DNA of 64,000 bases from Gammaproteobacteria bacterium (GTDB lineage Bacteria > Pseudomonadota > Gammaproteobacteria > Arenicellales > JAJDZL01), in contig JAJEHQ010000011.1 of NCBI GenBank assembly GCA_022823625.1, forward strand, positions 132,077 through 196,076, read 5' to 3'. A model generated the notes under the pieces. That model saw nothing but the letters and a program-made list of their open reading frames with translations, ran no database searches and was not told the DNA's origin. Both the position numbers and the translations under genes were made by a program. Shown in pieces: positions 19,388 through 28,286 of the stretch. Within the stretch, counting starts at the first letter, position 1. Each line of letters begins with the position of its first letter.

Positions 19388-21704
19388 TCGACCGACAAAA
19401 TCCCTGTTGCCAGCAAGTGTGCACAAGCCCATTGCCCATGACAGTGCTGCACGACATGTTACCGGTGAAGCAGTTTACATTGACGACTTTCCAGAACCAA
19501 GAAATCTGCTGCACATCTGGCCAGCACTCAGTCCCCATGCCGCAGCTCGAATTACTTCAATGGACACAAGCCAGGTTGACAGTGCACCAGGTGTCGTTGC
19601 AGTATTCGATGCCAGTACAGTGCCTGGAATAAATGACTGCAGTCCAACAATGGGAGATGATCCGGTTTTTGCGGAGGGTCGGGTCGACTTTGCAGGACAG
19701 GTGTTGTTTGCGGTAGCAGCTGAATCGGAACTTCAGGCACGTCTTGCCTGCCGCGAGTCTGTTGTCGAGTATGAAATTGAAGAGCCTGTTCTGACTATTG
19801 AACAAGCACTCGATCGGGAATCATTCGTGCTGCCTTCTTCAACCATTCGACGAGGTGAGCCAGAGCGGGCAATTCAGGACGCACCACATCAATTTGAAGG
19901 AACGATTCGAAATGGTGGTCAGGATCACTTCTACCTTGAGGGTCAGGCCGCAATGGCGATACCGAGAGAGGGTGGAGATATGGTGATTTACTGTTCCACT
20001 CAACATCCTTCTGAAATTCAACTTCTGATTTCGAAACTGCTGAACAAAAAGTTACATTCGATCACAGTCGAAGTTCGTCGGATGGGTGGAGCATTCGGCG
20101 GTAAGGAGTCACAAGCCTCGCAGTGGGCTTGTATTGCGGCGATGACTTCCGAACAAACCGGACGACCCGCAAAGATTCGACTTGATCGTGATGTAGATAT
20201 GCTGGCGACCGGCAAACGACATGATTTCCTTTTCAGTTATCGGGTGGGGTTTGGAGATGATGGAACAATTCACGGGCTGTTCGTTGAGATGGCTTCAAAA
20301 TGCGGTTACTCCGCCGACCTATCCAGACCCATCAATGATCGTGCTCTCCTGAGCATTGACAACGCCTATTACCTGGAAAATGTCGTTGCAACGACTCATC
20401 TTTGCCGTACGAATACTGTTTCCAACACAGCATTTCGAGGGTTTGGGGCACCTCAGGCGGTGCTATGTATGGAGCGAATTATTGATGAAATCGGTTGTTA
20501 TCTCGGAAAAGACCCGCTTCAAGTACGCCAGCGAAACTATTACGGAAAACGGACTCGAAATATCGCCCCTTATGGCATGAAAATTTCCGATTTTGTGTTG
20601 AACGAGATGACCGCGGAACTACTTGAATCTTCAGACTATTATGCCCGCCGCCAGAGAATCCGACAAATGAATGCGGGTGAATCCAACCTATTGCGAGGCA
20701 TAGCGCTAACACCCGCTAAATTTGGTGTTTCATTCACAATGTCCTACTACAATCAGGCGGGTGCTCTGGTTCATGTATACACGGACGGCAGCATTCATCT
20801 CAATCACGGTGGGACAGAAATGGGACAGGGTCTGTTCATCAAAGTTGCACAAGTTGTGGCCGACGAATTCTCAGTACCGCTGGAATGGGTCAAGTTGGTG
20901 GAAACCAACACTTCAAGGGTTCCGAATACCTCTGCAACTGCTGCATCATCCGGATCAGACATAAACGGTATGGCTGCGAAAGCCGCTGCACGAACGATCA
21001 AAAATAGATTAATCGGTGTAGCTGCCAAGGCATTTGGTGTGGAAAAAGACGAGGTCATCTTCTTGAATGGCTCAGTTATCGCGGGCCGATCATCCGTTTC
21101 ATTCCAAAAACTGGCGAAGATGGCTCAAGTAGCGTGCGTATCGCTGTCATCTACCGGATATTACAGAACACCAAAAATCAATTGGGACCCAAAAACCATG
21201 ACTGGTCATCCCTTTTACTATTTCGCCTATGGCGTAGCAGTGAGTGAGGTTGCAATTGATCGTTTGACTGGTGAATATCGAATTACCCGGGTTGATATTC
21301 TTCATGATGTTGGCCGCTCACTGAATCCAGCTGTTGATCTTGGTCAGATCGAAGGTGGATTTGTTCAAGGCACTGGGTGGTTGACGAGCGAAGAGTTGTG
21401 GTGGGATGATAACGGAGCACTCAAAACCCACGCCCCTTCAACTTACAAAATTCCTGCCAGCGGTGATGTACCAGAAGCCTTCAATGTGAAGATCTGGGAA
21501 CGCGGCCGAAATGTCGAGCAGACAATCTATCGGTCCAAGGCAGTCGGTGAGCCACCGCTATTGTTGGCTGTCTCCGTTTTCAGTGCAATATCGGATGCTG
21601 TTTCAAGTCTATCGGACTACAAACGATGGCCAGCTATTGATGCACCTGCCACACCTGAACGTGTGTTGATGGCCATCGATAAAATGCGTTCGAATGGAGT
21701 GTGA
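19380..21704 (+). CDS. xdhB: Xanthine dehydrogenase molybdopterin-binding subunit
   Basis: MLDRPTK...HDSAARHVTGEAVYIDD, GGAFGGKE, AFRGFGAPQ, SKAVGEPP. The ATG at 19380 overlaps the xdhA stop (ATGCTTGA). The track start at 19305 lies inside xdhA. Confidence 0.9.
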   Translation: MLDRPTKSLLPASVHKPIAHDSAARHVTGEAVYIDDFPEPRNLLHIWPALSPHAAARITSMDTSQVDSAPGVVAVFDASTVPGINDCSPTMGDDPVFAEGRVDFAGQVLFAVAAESELQARLACRESVVEYEIEEPVLTIEQALDRESFVLPSSTIRRGEPERAIQDAPHQFEGTIRNGGQDHFYLEGQAAMAIPREGGDMVIYCSTQHPSEIQLLISKLLNKKLHSITVEVRRMGGAFGGKESQASQWACIAAMTSEQTGRPAKIRLDRDVDMLATGKRHDFLFSYRVGFGDDGTIHGLFVEMASKCGYSADLSRPINDRALLSIDNAYYLENVVATTHLCRTNTVSNTAFRGFGAPQAVLCMERIIDEIGCYLGKDPLQVRQRNYYGKRTRNIAPYGMKISDFVLNEMTAELLESSDYYARRQRIRQMNAGESNLLRGIALTPAKFGVSFTMSYYNQAGALVHVYTDGSIHLNHGGTEMGQGLFIKVAQVVADEFSVPLEWVKLVETNTSRVPNTSATAASSGSDINGMAAKAAARTIKNRLIGVAAKAFGVEKDEVIFLNGSVIAGRSSVSFQKLAKMAQVACVSLSSTGYYRTPKINWDPKTMTGHPFYYFAYGVAVSEVAIDRLTGEYRITRVDILHDVGRSLNPAVDLGQIEGGFVQGTGWLTSEELWWDDNGALKTHAPSTYKIPASGDVPEAFNVKIWERGRNVEQTIYRSKAVGEPPLLLAVSVFSAISDAVSSLSDYKRWPAIDAPATPERVLMAIDKMRSNGV

Positions 21705-21708
21705 GTCA

Positions 21709-22764
21709 ATGAGTCTTCGGCAGGATCTCTACGAAAACCTGGTAGGGCTTGATCGCTTCGTGATCGTGACCGTGATCGAAATCAATGGTTCTGCACCAAG
21801 AGAGGTTGGGGCGAGAATGATCGTTACAGAAGAATCGTCGCAAGGCAGCATCGGCGGCGGAAATCTGGAGTTTCAGGCGATCAAAAATGCGCAGGCGATT
21901 CTCGCGCAGCCTCAGGAGTTTACTCGAAAGACCGAATTTTCAGGATTGGGTATTACGCTGAAGCAATGCTGTGGTGGCGCGGTGCAGTTGATGTATGAGA
22001 TGTTCTCAGGAAATATGGCTGATGAATTCATTCATGATTTAGGAATTGAAGGAGACGGCAGACCGCGGTACTCGGTGTCTAGCGTGTCCGATGACCGCCC
22101 GACCAGGGTCGTATCCCGCAGAAAAGATGTTGAAGATCTGCCTGATTCGGTTTGGGACACTGCTAGGGAACTGGTTGCTGGTAGTTCCGAGTACAGCAGA
22201 CTGGTTTCTGAAGGTTCGACTCAGTGGTTTATCACGCACCTCAATGAGAAGCCAATCAAGATTGTATTGTTTGGAGCCGGACACGTTGGCAAGGCGCTTG
22301 TACCGCTGCTGCAGAACCTGTCATTTCAGATTGACTGGGTGGATCAGCGTGAAGACGTATTTCCTTCGAGTATCCCAGACAATGCAAGAGCCCTTTCGCC
22401 AGATGATTTAACCAGTCTCATTGATGCCCAGCCAGATGGGACGTTTTTCGTTGTGATGACCCACGATCATGGATTGGATTATGAGCTTTGTCTGCATATT
22501 CTCAAGCGACGGAACTTTGGCTGGCTCGGGTTGATCGGTTCAAATACCAAACGGCAAAGATTCGAGCAGCGCTTAATTGAAGATGGCATTAGTTCATTTA
22601 CACTGCAGCGGCTGGTCTGTCCAATCGGACTTCCCAGCATTCGCGGAAAATACCCCGCGGTCATTGCTCTTTCGACAGCTGCGCAGTTGCAGGAAATTCG
22701 AAATCGCATGGCGATTAGTGAAGATGCAGAAAGATCGGTTCTTCAGGCAGAGGTGCAAACGTGA
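21709..22764 (+). CDS. xdhC: Xanthine dehydrogenase accessory/maturation protein XdhC
   Basis: The N-terminal XdhC/CoxI domain has GSAPREVGARMIV, and the Rossmann-like part has LFGAGHVGKAL. It directly follows xdhB. Confidence 0.8.
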   Translation: MSLRQDLYENLVGLDRFVIVTVIEINGSAPREVGARMIVTEESSQGSIGGGNLEFQAIKNAQAILAQPQEFTRKTEFSGLGITLKQCCGGAVQLMYEMFSGNMADEFIHDLGIEGDGRPRYSVSSVSDDRPTRVVSRRKDVEDLPDSVWDTARELVAGSSEYSRLVSEGSTQWFITHLNEKPIKIVLFGAGHVGKALVPLLQNLSFQIDWVDQREDVFPSSIPDNARALSPDDLTSLIDAQPDGTFFVVMTHDHGLDYELCLHILKRRNFGWLGLIGSNTKRQRFEQRLIEDGISSFTLQRLVCPIGLPSIRGKYPAVIALSTAAQLQEIRNRMAISEDAERSVLQAEVQT

Positions 22765-24272
22765 GTTCACCGTTGCTGGAACTTCAGGGTGTCACCAAGG
22801 CTTTCCCTGGAGTATTAGCTAACGACTCGGTTAACATTTCAATTCCAGAGGGCCAGATTCATGCTCTTCTTGGGGAAAATGGTGCCGGCAAGAGCACTCT
22901 AGTCAAGATCATCTACGGATACTATGCCGCCGACGAAGGCGACATGTACTGGATGGGAAACTCGATTAGCGTGACAAGTCCCGCCCACGCACGCCAGATC
23001 GGAATCGGTATGGTGTTTCAGCATTTTTCGCTGTTTGATGCGCTGTCGGTTCGGGACAATATCGAACTGGCCATTTCTTCCAAAGAGGGAGGCGATGGGC
23101 TCTCACAAAAGATTCACGAAGTTTCCAATACCTACGGTTTGGGACTTGATCCCGAACGCGATGTATTTTCGCTGTCAGTCGGTGAACGGCAGCGGGTAGA
23201 AATTGTTCGCTGTCTGTTGCAGTCTCCAAAACTGCTAATCATGGATGAGCCGACTTCGGTTCTGACACCACAGGAAGCAGACAACCTGTTCAAAGTCTTG
23301 AACCAACTCGCTGATGAAGGTTGCGCAATTCTCTACATCAGCCATAAGCTTGAAGAAATAAAGGAGTTGTGTCACCACGCTACTATTCTAAGGCAGGGTA
23401 AAGTGGTCGCAGAATGTGACCCGACTAAGGAAAGTACGCGAAGCCTTGCAGAAATGATGATTGGAAGGTCGCTCGACCCTCCAGCTTACGAGTTAAAGAA
23501 AACGGGTGAGACAAAATTTTTTGTCCAAAACCTCTCGCGGACTGCTGAAGATGAACGCAGTATTTCATTAAAGAACATCAGTTTTGACGTTCGTGAAGGA
23601 GAAATATTTGGAATTGCCGGTGTTGCCGGCAATGGACAGACAGAGCTGATGGAAATGCTGGCTGGTGAGGTGCTGGCCGATGACAACGCCGCCATAAGTA
23701 TTAACGGTGTTGAGTGCGGGAAGAGAAGTATTCGTGAGCGCAGAGAACTCGGTGCGGCTATCGTTCCGGAAGAACGCTTGGGTCATGGTGCCGTTGGCAG
23801 TATGTCATTGATCGAAAATGTGTTTTTGAGCGGACACCAGCGCTTTAACTTGGCTCGCAAGCTTTGGATGAATTATTCAAATGCTCGAACCTTTGCACAG
23901 AAAACCTGCGATGACTTTGATGTCAGACATGCGGGGATTCACGTTGATGCTGGCAGTCTTTCCGGTGGAAATCTGCAAAAGTTTCTTATCGGCCGTGAAA
24001 TTCTACAGGAGCCATTGGTGATGCTCGCTTCACAGCCGACCTGGGGTGTGGATGCAGGCTCTCAATTGGCCATTCACAAGGCGCTGCTTGATCTTGCCGC
24101 CAATGGTACGGCAGTTTTGGTCATCTCACAGGACCTGGATGAATTGCTTGAGTTGTGCAACCGAATTGCTGTGATGTTCGCCGGGAGTTTATCCGAGCCT
24201 TATCCGGTTTCGAGTCTGACAGCTGAGAAAATTGGTCTTTTGATGGGCGGCGCCCATCCTGAAGCGGCATAG
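22761..24272 (+). CDS. ABC transporter ATP-binding protein with duplicated ATPase domains (BMP/nucleoside-type system)
   Basis: Walker A GENGAGKST, signatures LSVGERQR and LSGGNLQK, 503 aa. The GTG start overlaps the xdhC TGA (GTGA). Confidence 0.9.
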   Translation: MSSPLLELQGVTKAFPGVLANDSVNISIPEGQIHALLGENGAGKSTLVKIIYGYYAADEGDMYWMGNSISVTSPAHARQIGIGMVFQHFSLFDALSVRDNIELAISSKEGGDGLSQKIHEVSNTYGLGLDPERDVFSLSVGERQRVEIVRCLLQSPKLLIMDEPTSVLTPQEADNLFKVLNQLADEGCAILYISHKLEEIKELCHHATILRQGKVVAECDPTKESTRSLAEMMIGRSLDPPAYELKKTGETKFFVQNLSRTAEDERSISLKNISFDVREGEIFGIAGVAGNGQTELMEMLAGEVLADDNAAISINGVECGKRSIRERRELGAAIVPEERLGHGAVGSMSLIENVFLSGHQRFNLARKLWMNYSNARTFAQKTCDDFDVRHAGIHVDAGSLSGGNLQKFLIGREILQEPLVMLASQPTWGVDAGSQLAIHKALLDLAANGTAVLVISQDLDELLELCNRIAVMFAGSLSEPYPVSSLTAEKIGLLMGGAHPEAA

Positions 24273-24282
24273 GGTAGAACCA

Positions 24283-25371
24283 GTGCGAATTAAGTTGGTA
24301 CCTCGACAGACTCACTCCAGGTTGATGACCTGGATGACCCCTGTTATGGCATTGGGACTGAGTCTGATTGCGGGGACGGTCGTGTTTTACCTGCTTGGCT
24401 ATCCGCCGCTTCAGAGTCTCTATGCGTTTTTCATCAGTCCAATCAGTGATCTCTATGGAGTTTGCGAACTCCTGGTCAAGGCATCACCACTGGCAATGAT
24501 CGCAGTAGGGCTCTCAATGGGATTTAGAGCCAATGTTTGGAATATCGGTGCAGAAGGCCAGTTAACAGTTGGTGCTTTATTTGGCAGTGCGCTGGTCATT
24601 TATTTTCCCGAGTCGAATAATATTCTGATGCTGCCTGCCATGTTGATTCTTGGCATATTAGGAGGCATGGCGTGGGCATCGATTCCAGCTTTTTTAAAAA
24701 CACGGTTCAACACCAATGAAATTCTGACCAGTCTGTTACTGGTCTATGTCGCAATTTTACTGTTGAGTACGTTGGTTCATGGTCCCTGGCGGGACCCAGC
24801 AGGCTACAACTTTCCTCAAAGCGTTCTATTTCAAAACGTTGCGATACTGCCGGTGATCGTGCCTGGGACACGGTTGCATCTTGGAACGATATTTGCATTG
24901 CTGGCAATCCTCACAGGTTGGATTTTGATCTCCAGAACACTGGCAGGCTTTCAGGTCAGAGTTTCTGGAATGGCGCCACAGGCTGCAAGATATACCGGGG
25001 TTCGCTCAAACCTGATGATTTGGTGTGTTTTATTGGGTGCGGGAGGACTCGCTGGACTGGCGGGCATCATTGAAATTACAGGGCTGATTGGGCAGGTGCA
25101 GCCGATTATCTCTCCCGGATATGGTTTTTCGGCAATCATTGTTGCCTTTCTGGGACGTTTACACCCCGTCGGAATATTGTTTGCGAGTTTGGTGTTAGCG
25201 CTATCGTATTTGGGTGGTGAATTTGTACAGATCAAGCTTGGTTTGCCACTTGGCATTGCTGGTGTGTTTCAGGGGATGCTGCTGTTCTTTTTGCTGTCCT
25301 GCGACATTCTGATTCACTACCGAATCGAAATTCGAAAAACAAGCATCAGCGGTTCAGCAAGGTCAACCTAA
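24283..25371 (+). CDS. ABC transporter permease (BMP-family system)
   Basis: Polytopic, 362 aa, between the dual-domain ATPase and the second permease. Confidence 0.85.
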   Translation: MRIKLVPRQTHSRLMTWMTPVMALGLSLIAGTVVFYLLGYPPLQSLYAFFISPISDLYGVCELLVKASPLAMIAVGLSMGFRANVWNIGAEGQLTVGALFGSALVIYFPESNNILMLPAMLILGILGGMAWASIPAFLKTRFNTNEILTSLLLVYVAILLLSTLVHGPWRDPAGYNFPQSVLFQNVAILPVIVPGTRLHLGTIFALLAILTGWILISRTLAGFQVRVSGMAPQAARYTGVRSNLMIWCVLLGAGGLAGLAGIIEITGLIGQVQPIISPGYGFSAIIVAFLGRLHPVGILFASLVLALSYLGGEFVQIKLGLPLGIAGVFQGMLLFFLLSCDILIHYRIEIRKTSISGSARST

Positions 25372-26300
25372 TGGCTGCCATTACCACAGTTGAATTAATT
25401 CTGCTTACAGTTGTGAGTGCTGCCACTCCGCTGTTACTTGCGGCAACAGGGGAGTTGGTGGTGGAGAAATCCGGGATTCTGAATCTCGGAGTGGAAGGAA
25501 TGATGCTGGTCGGTGCGGTCAGTGCATTCATAGCGATGTTAACCACAGGCAGCTGGGCACTTGGTATTGTTGCTGGTGCTGCTGCGGGTGTCATCATGTC
25601 CATGCTGTTTGGGGTGCTTACACTGTTTTTCCTGGCTAATCAGGTTGCTTCGGGACTTGCGCTGACTCTATTCGGTATCGGCATCAGTTCTCTGCTTGGA
25701 ATTCCGTTTATCGGATTACCGATCGATAAGCTACCGTCGCTTGATGTTCCCGTTCTCGGTGACATTCCCATTTTTGGTCCATTAATTTTCGAGCAAGATT
25801 TTCTGATTTACTTTTCGGTCTTAATGGTCGTGGTTGTCCATTTTTTCCTGTTTAGAACCAGGGCTGGGCTGGTATTGAGAGCGGTGGGGGAATCACATGA
25901 TGCTGCTCACTCGATTGGATACTCGGTGATCAGAATCAGGTTTTTTGCGGTGATGTTTGGCGGCGCGATGGCAGGACTGGGTGGTGCATTCCTGTCTTTA
26001 TCCTACACACCAATGTGGGTTGAACAAATGACTGCAGGACGCGGGTGGATTGCGCTGGCTTTAGTGGTATTTGCAACGTGGAAACCCGGCCGAGTCCTGA
26101 TTGGCGCTTATTTGTTTGGAGCGGTGACCATTTTCCAGCTACATTTGCAGGGATTTGGTGTACAGATACCCGGACAGGTGCTGTCAATGCTGCCGTACCT
26201 GGTGACGATACTCGTGCTGGTGTTGATTTCGAGAAATGCTTCGCGCGTGAAATTGAGCGCGCCAGCCTGTCTGGGTCAGATATTCCATTCTAACACCTGA
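25371..26300 (+). CDS. ABC transporter permease (BMP-family system)
   Basis: Polytopic, 309 aa. Its ATG shares one base with the preceding TAA (TAATG). Confidence 0.85.
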   Translation: MAAITTVELILLTVVSAATPLLLAATGELVVEKSGILNLGVEGMMLVGAVSAFIAMLTTGSWALGIVAGAAAGVIMSMLFGVLTLFFLANQVASGLALTLFGIGISSLLGIPFIGLPIDKLPSLDVPVLGDIPIFGPLIFEQDFLIYFSVLMVVVVHFFLFRTRAGLVLRAVGESHDAAHSIGYSVIRIRFFAVMFGGAMAGLGGAFLSLSYTPMWVEQMTAGRGWIALALVVFATWKPGRVLIGAYLFGAVTIFQLHLQGFGVQIPGQVLSMLPYLVTILVLVLISRNASRVKLSAPACLGQIFHSNT

Positions 26301-26545
26301 TTGATTTCATTATCAACAACAACAGATTATCTGGAATCGTCTAAGTTTTCTGAGTCTCGTTTGATGTTCGTGGTGATTTGGATGAAAAGGATTCGGGTTA
26401 TTTTCACAGGTTATAGCGGCTATCTGTTGGTGTTAAAATAATTCGATGGAGCAGTTTAGAGAAGCTCAAATTTATCGCATAATTTCTTTGGGTGATTTTG
26501 TATTCGATCACCAGCTAAGAAAAAAGAATTAGGAGAAATAGGAGA

Positions 26546-27622
26546 ATGAAAAAGTTCTTAATCGCCGCGGTTGCGGCATTTACTTACGCAATCGGTTCGA
26601 GTTTAGCGCTGGCCGATGACCCCCTAAAGATTGGGTTTGTGTACATCGGTCCGGTTGGTGATCACGGTTGGACATATCAGCACAACGATGGACGTCTTGC
26701 GGTCGAAGAAGCATTCGGTGACAAAGTACAAACGAGCTTTGTTGAATTCGTTCCTGAAGGTCAGGATGCTGAGCGAGTCATTCGACAGCTTGCCGCGGAC
26801 GGAAACAAGTTAATCTTTACCACCTCTTTTGGTTATATGAACCCAACCATCAAGGTTGCACAGAGTTTTCCAGATACTTATTTCGAGCATTGCTCCGGCT
26901 ACAAGCGTGCAGATAACGTTTCCACTTACCTGGCGCGCTTTTATGAAGCACGATATGTTAATGGCCGAATCGCGGGTCAAGTTACTAAAACCAATACGAT
27001 TGGATATATCGCATCTTTCCCCATTCCAGAAGTTGTAAGAGGAATCAACGCATTCGCCCTAGGGATGCGTAGCGTCAATCCAGATGCAACCATCAAAGTC
27101 GTTTGGGTGAGTACCTGGTTTGATCCTGGTAAAGAAGGCGATGCTGCAAAAGCTCTGATCGATCAGGGTGCCGATGTCATCCTTCAGCACACGGATTCGC
27201 CAGCACCGCTTCAAGTTGCTGAAGAACGCGGTGTTTGGGCAATTGGTCAAGCGTCCGACATGTCTGCCTTTGGCCCAAGAGCGCATTTGACCTCAGCCAT
27301 TAACAATTGGGGCCCCTACTATGTCGAACGCACGAGAGCAGTGCTGGAAGGCACTTGGGAATCGGGCGACGTTTGGGGTGGATATAGCGCTGATATGATC
27401 AAGTCATCTGAAATCAATGCAGAATCTGTACCTGCGGATGTCATTGCCGACGCTGAAGCAACTATTGCAGCCATTCGTTCTGGAGAACTTCACCCATTTG
27501 CTGGGCCGATTCTGGATCAGTCTGGTAATGAAATTATTGGAGCGGGTACCACTTTAAGTGATGGGGACCTGCTTGGAATGAGCTACTACGTCATGGGTGT
27601 CGAAGGCTCATTACCGCAGTAG
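26546..27622 (+). CDS. BMP-family (Med/PnrA-like) ABC substrate-binding protein, probably purine base/nucleoside binding
   Basis: Signal peptide MKKFLIAAVAAFTYAIGSSLALA. LKIGFVYIGPVGDHGWTYQH is typical of basic-membrane-protein family binding proteins. A GGAG-rich RBS lies upstream. Confidence 0.85.
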   Translation: MKKFLIAAVAAFTYAIGSSLALADDPLKIGFVYIGPVGDHGWTYQHNDGRLAVEEAFGDKVQTSFVEFVPEGQDAERVIRQLAADGNKLIFTTSFGYMNPTIKVAQSFPDTYFEHCSGYKRADNVSTYLARFYEARYVNGRIAGQVTKTNTIGYIASFPIPEVVRGINAFALGMRSVNPDATIKVVWVSTWFDPGKEGDAAKALIDQGADVILQHTDSPAPLQVAEERGVWAIGQASDMSAFGPRAHLTSAINNWGPYYVERTRAVLEGTWESGDVWGGYSADMIKSSEINAESVPADVIADAEATIAAIRSGELHPFAGPILDQSGNEIIGAGTTLSDGDLLGMSYYVMGVEGSLPQ

Positions 27623-27653
27623 CGATTACTGGTCGAATAAATAGAAATCACTG

Positions 27654-27692
27654 TTCAGGGATGCTTGATTTCAAGCACCCCTGAATTTTGTT
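27654..27692 (+). terminator. Rho-independent terminator closing the purine operon
   Basis: TTCAGGGATGCTTGA-tt-TCAAGCACCCCTGAA imperfect hairpin (14 of 15 positions pair, one A/C mismatch) followed by TTTTGTT, 32 nt after the binding-protein stop. Confidence 0.6.
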
Positions 27693-28286
27693 GGTTTATT
27701 TAAACCGAGCGCAGGAGTCGGAATTGCCGGCGGCTACCTTTAGTATCACGACCCAGGTCCCTTCCAGGAATGCTTGCCGGCCTCCCACAGTCTTTATTTT
27801 TTACTTTCAAGATCGCTTTTATCTCCCTATGATGACCCCGACCCCCGGGGTTAATTTGGCTAAATTCTTATCAGAAAACACTGAGTATCGGAACCACTCA
27901 CTGGCGTGGTAAAATCTGAGATGCGACTGAATGGTGCGCATCAGGTAGGTTCTTATGCGTATTGTTGAATGGAAGGCGAATTTTTCTTTCCGTTATTCGG
28001 TTATTTCTCTTTGAACTACGTCCTTCGGGAAACAACCGGAAAAGTACCACTTGTTACTGACCAGAACCGGACAGCGGTTGTGAACGCCACTACCCACGCT
28101 CATGGTGGCATACAAACTCTTGGCACGCCCACTCAATTTCATCGGTGCGGATAAAGGGCACTGCAACCAACCTGTAACTGTAATTTGTTATAGTGTTAAA
28201 ACTGAAATGGCAAAAATAGACTAACGAACTTGGTCTTTTACAGACTGATGTCATCTGGTTTTCACAACACTTTAGTTGCAAATTTC

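Noticed and set aside
27751-27785. SRP (4.5S) RNA-like string CCAGGTCCCTTCCAGGAATGCTTGCC.
   Set aside because: The conserved helix-8 core GGUCC-GGAA-GGAAGCAGCC is not reproduced on either strand, because the tetraloop and symmetric loop are missing. No flanking helix of the right length is present.
28056-28080. RNase P RNA-like 5' string CTGACCAGAACCGGACAG.
   Set aside because: It resembles only the first few nucleotides of the E. coli M1 RNA. The universally conserved GAGGAAAGUCCGGGC block is absent from the whole spacer on both strands.
27688-28154. Two ORFs of 74 and 61 aa in the 594-bp spacer, considered as real genes.
   Set aside because: They have no ribosome-binding sites, no recognisable motifs and an atypical composition. 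I treat the region as non-coding pending transcript data.
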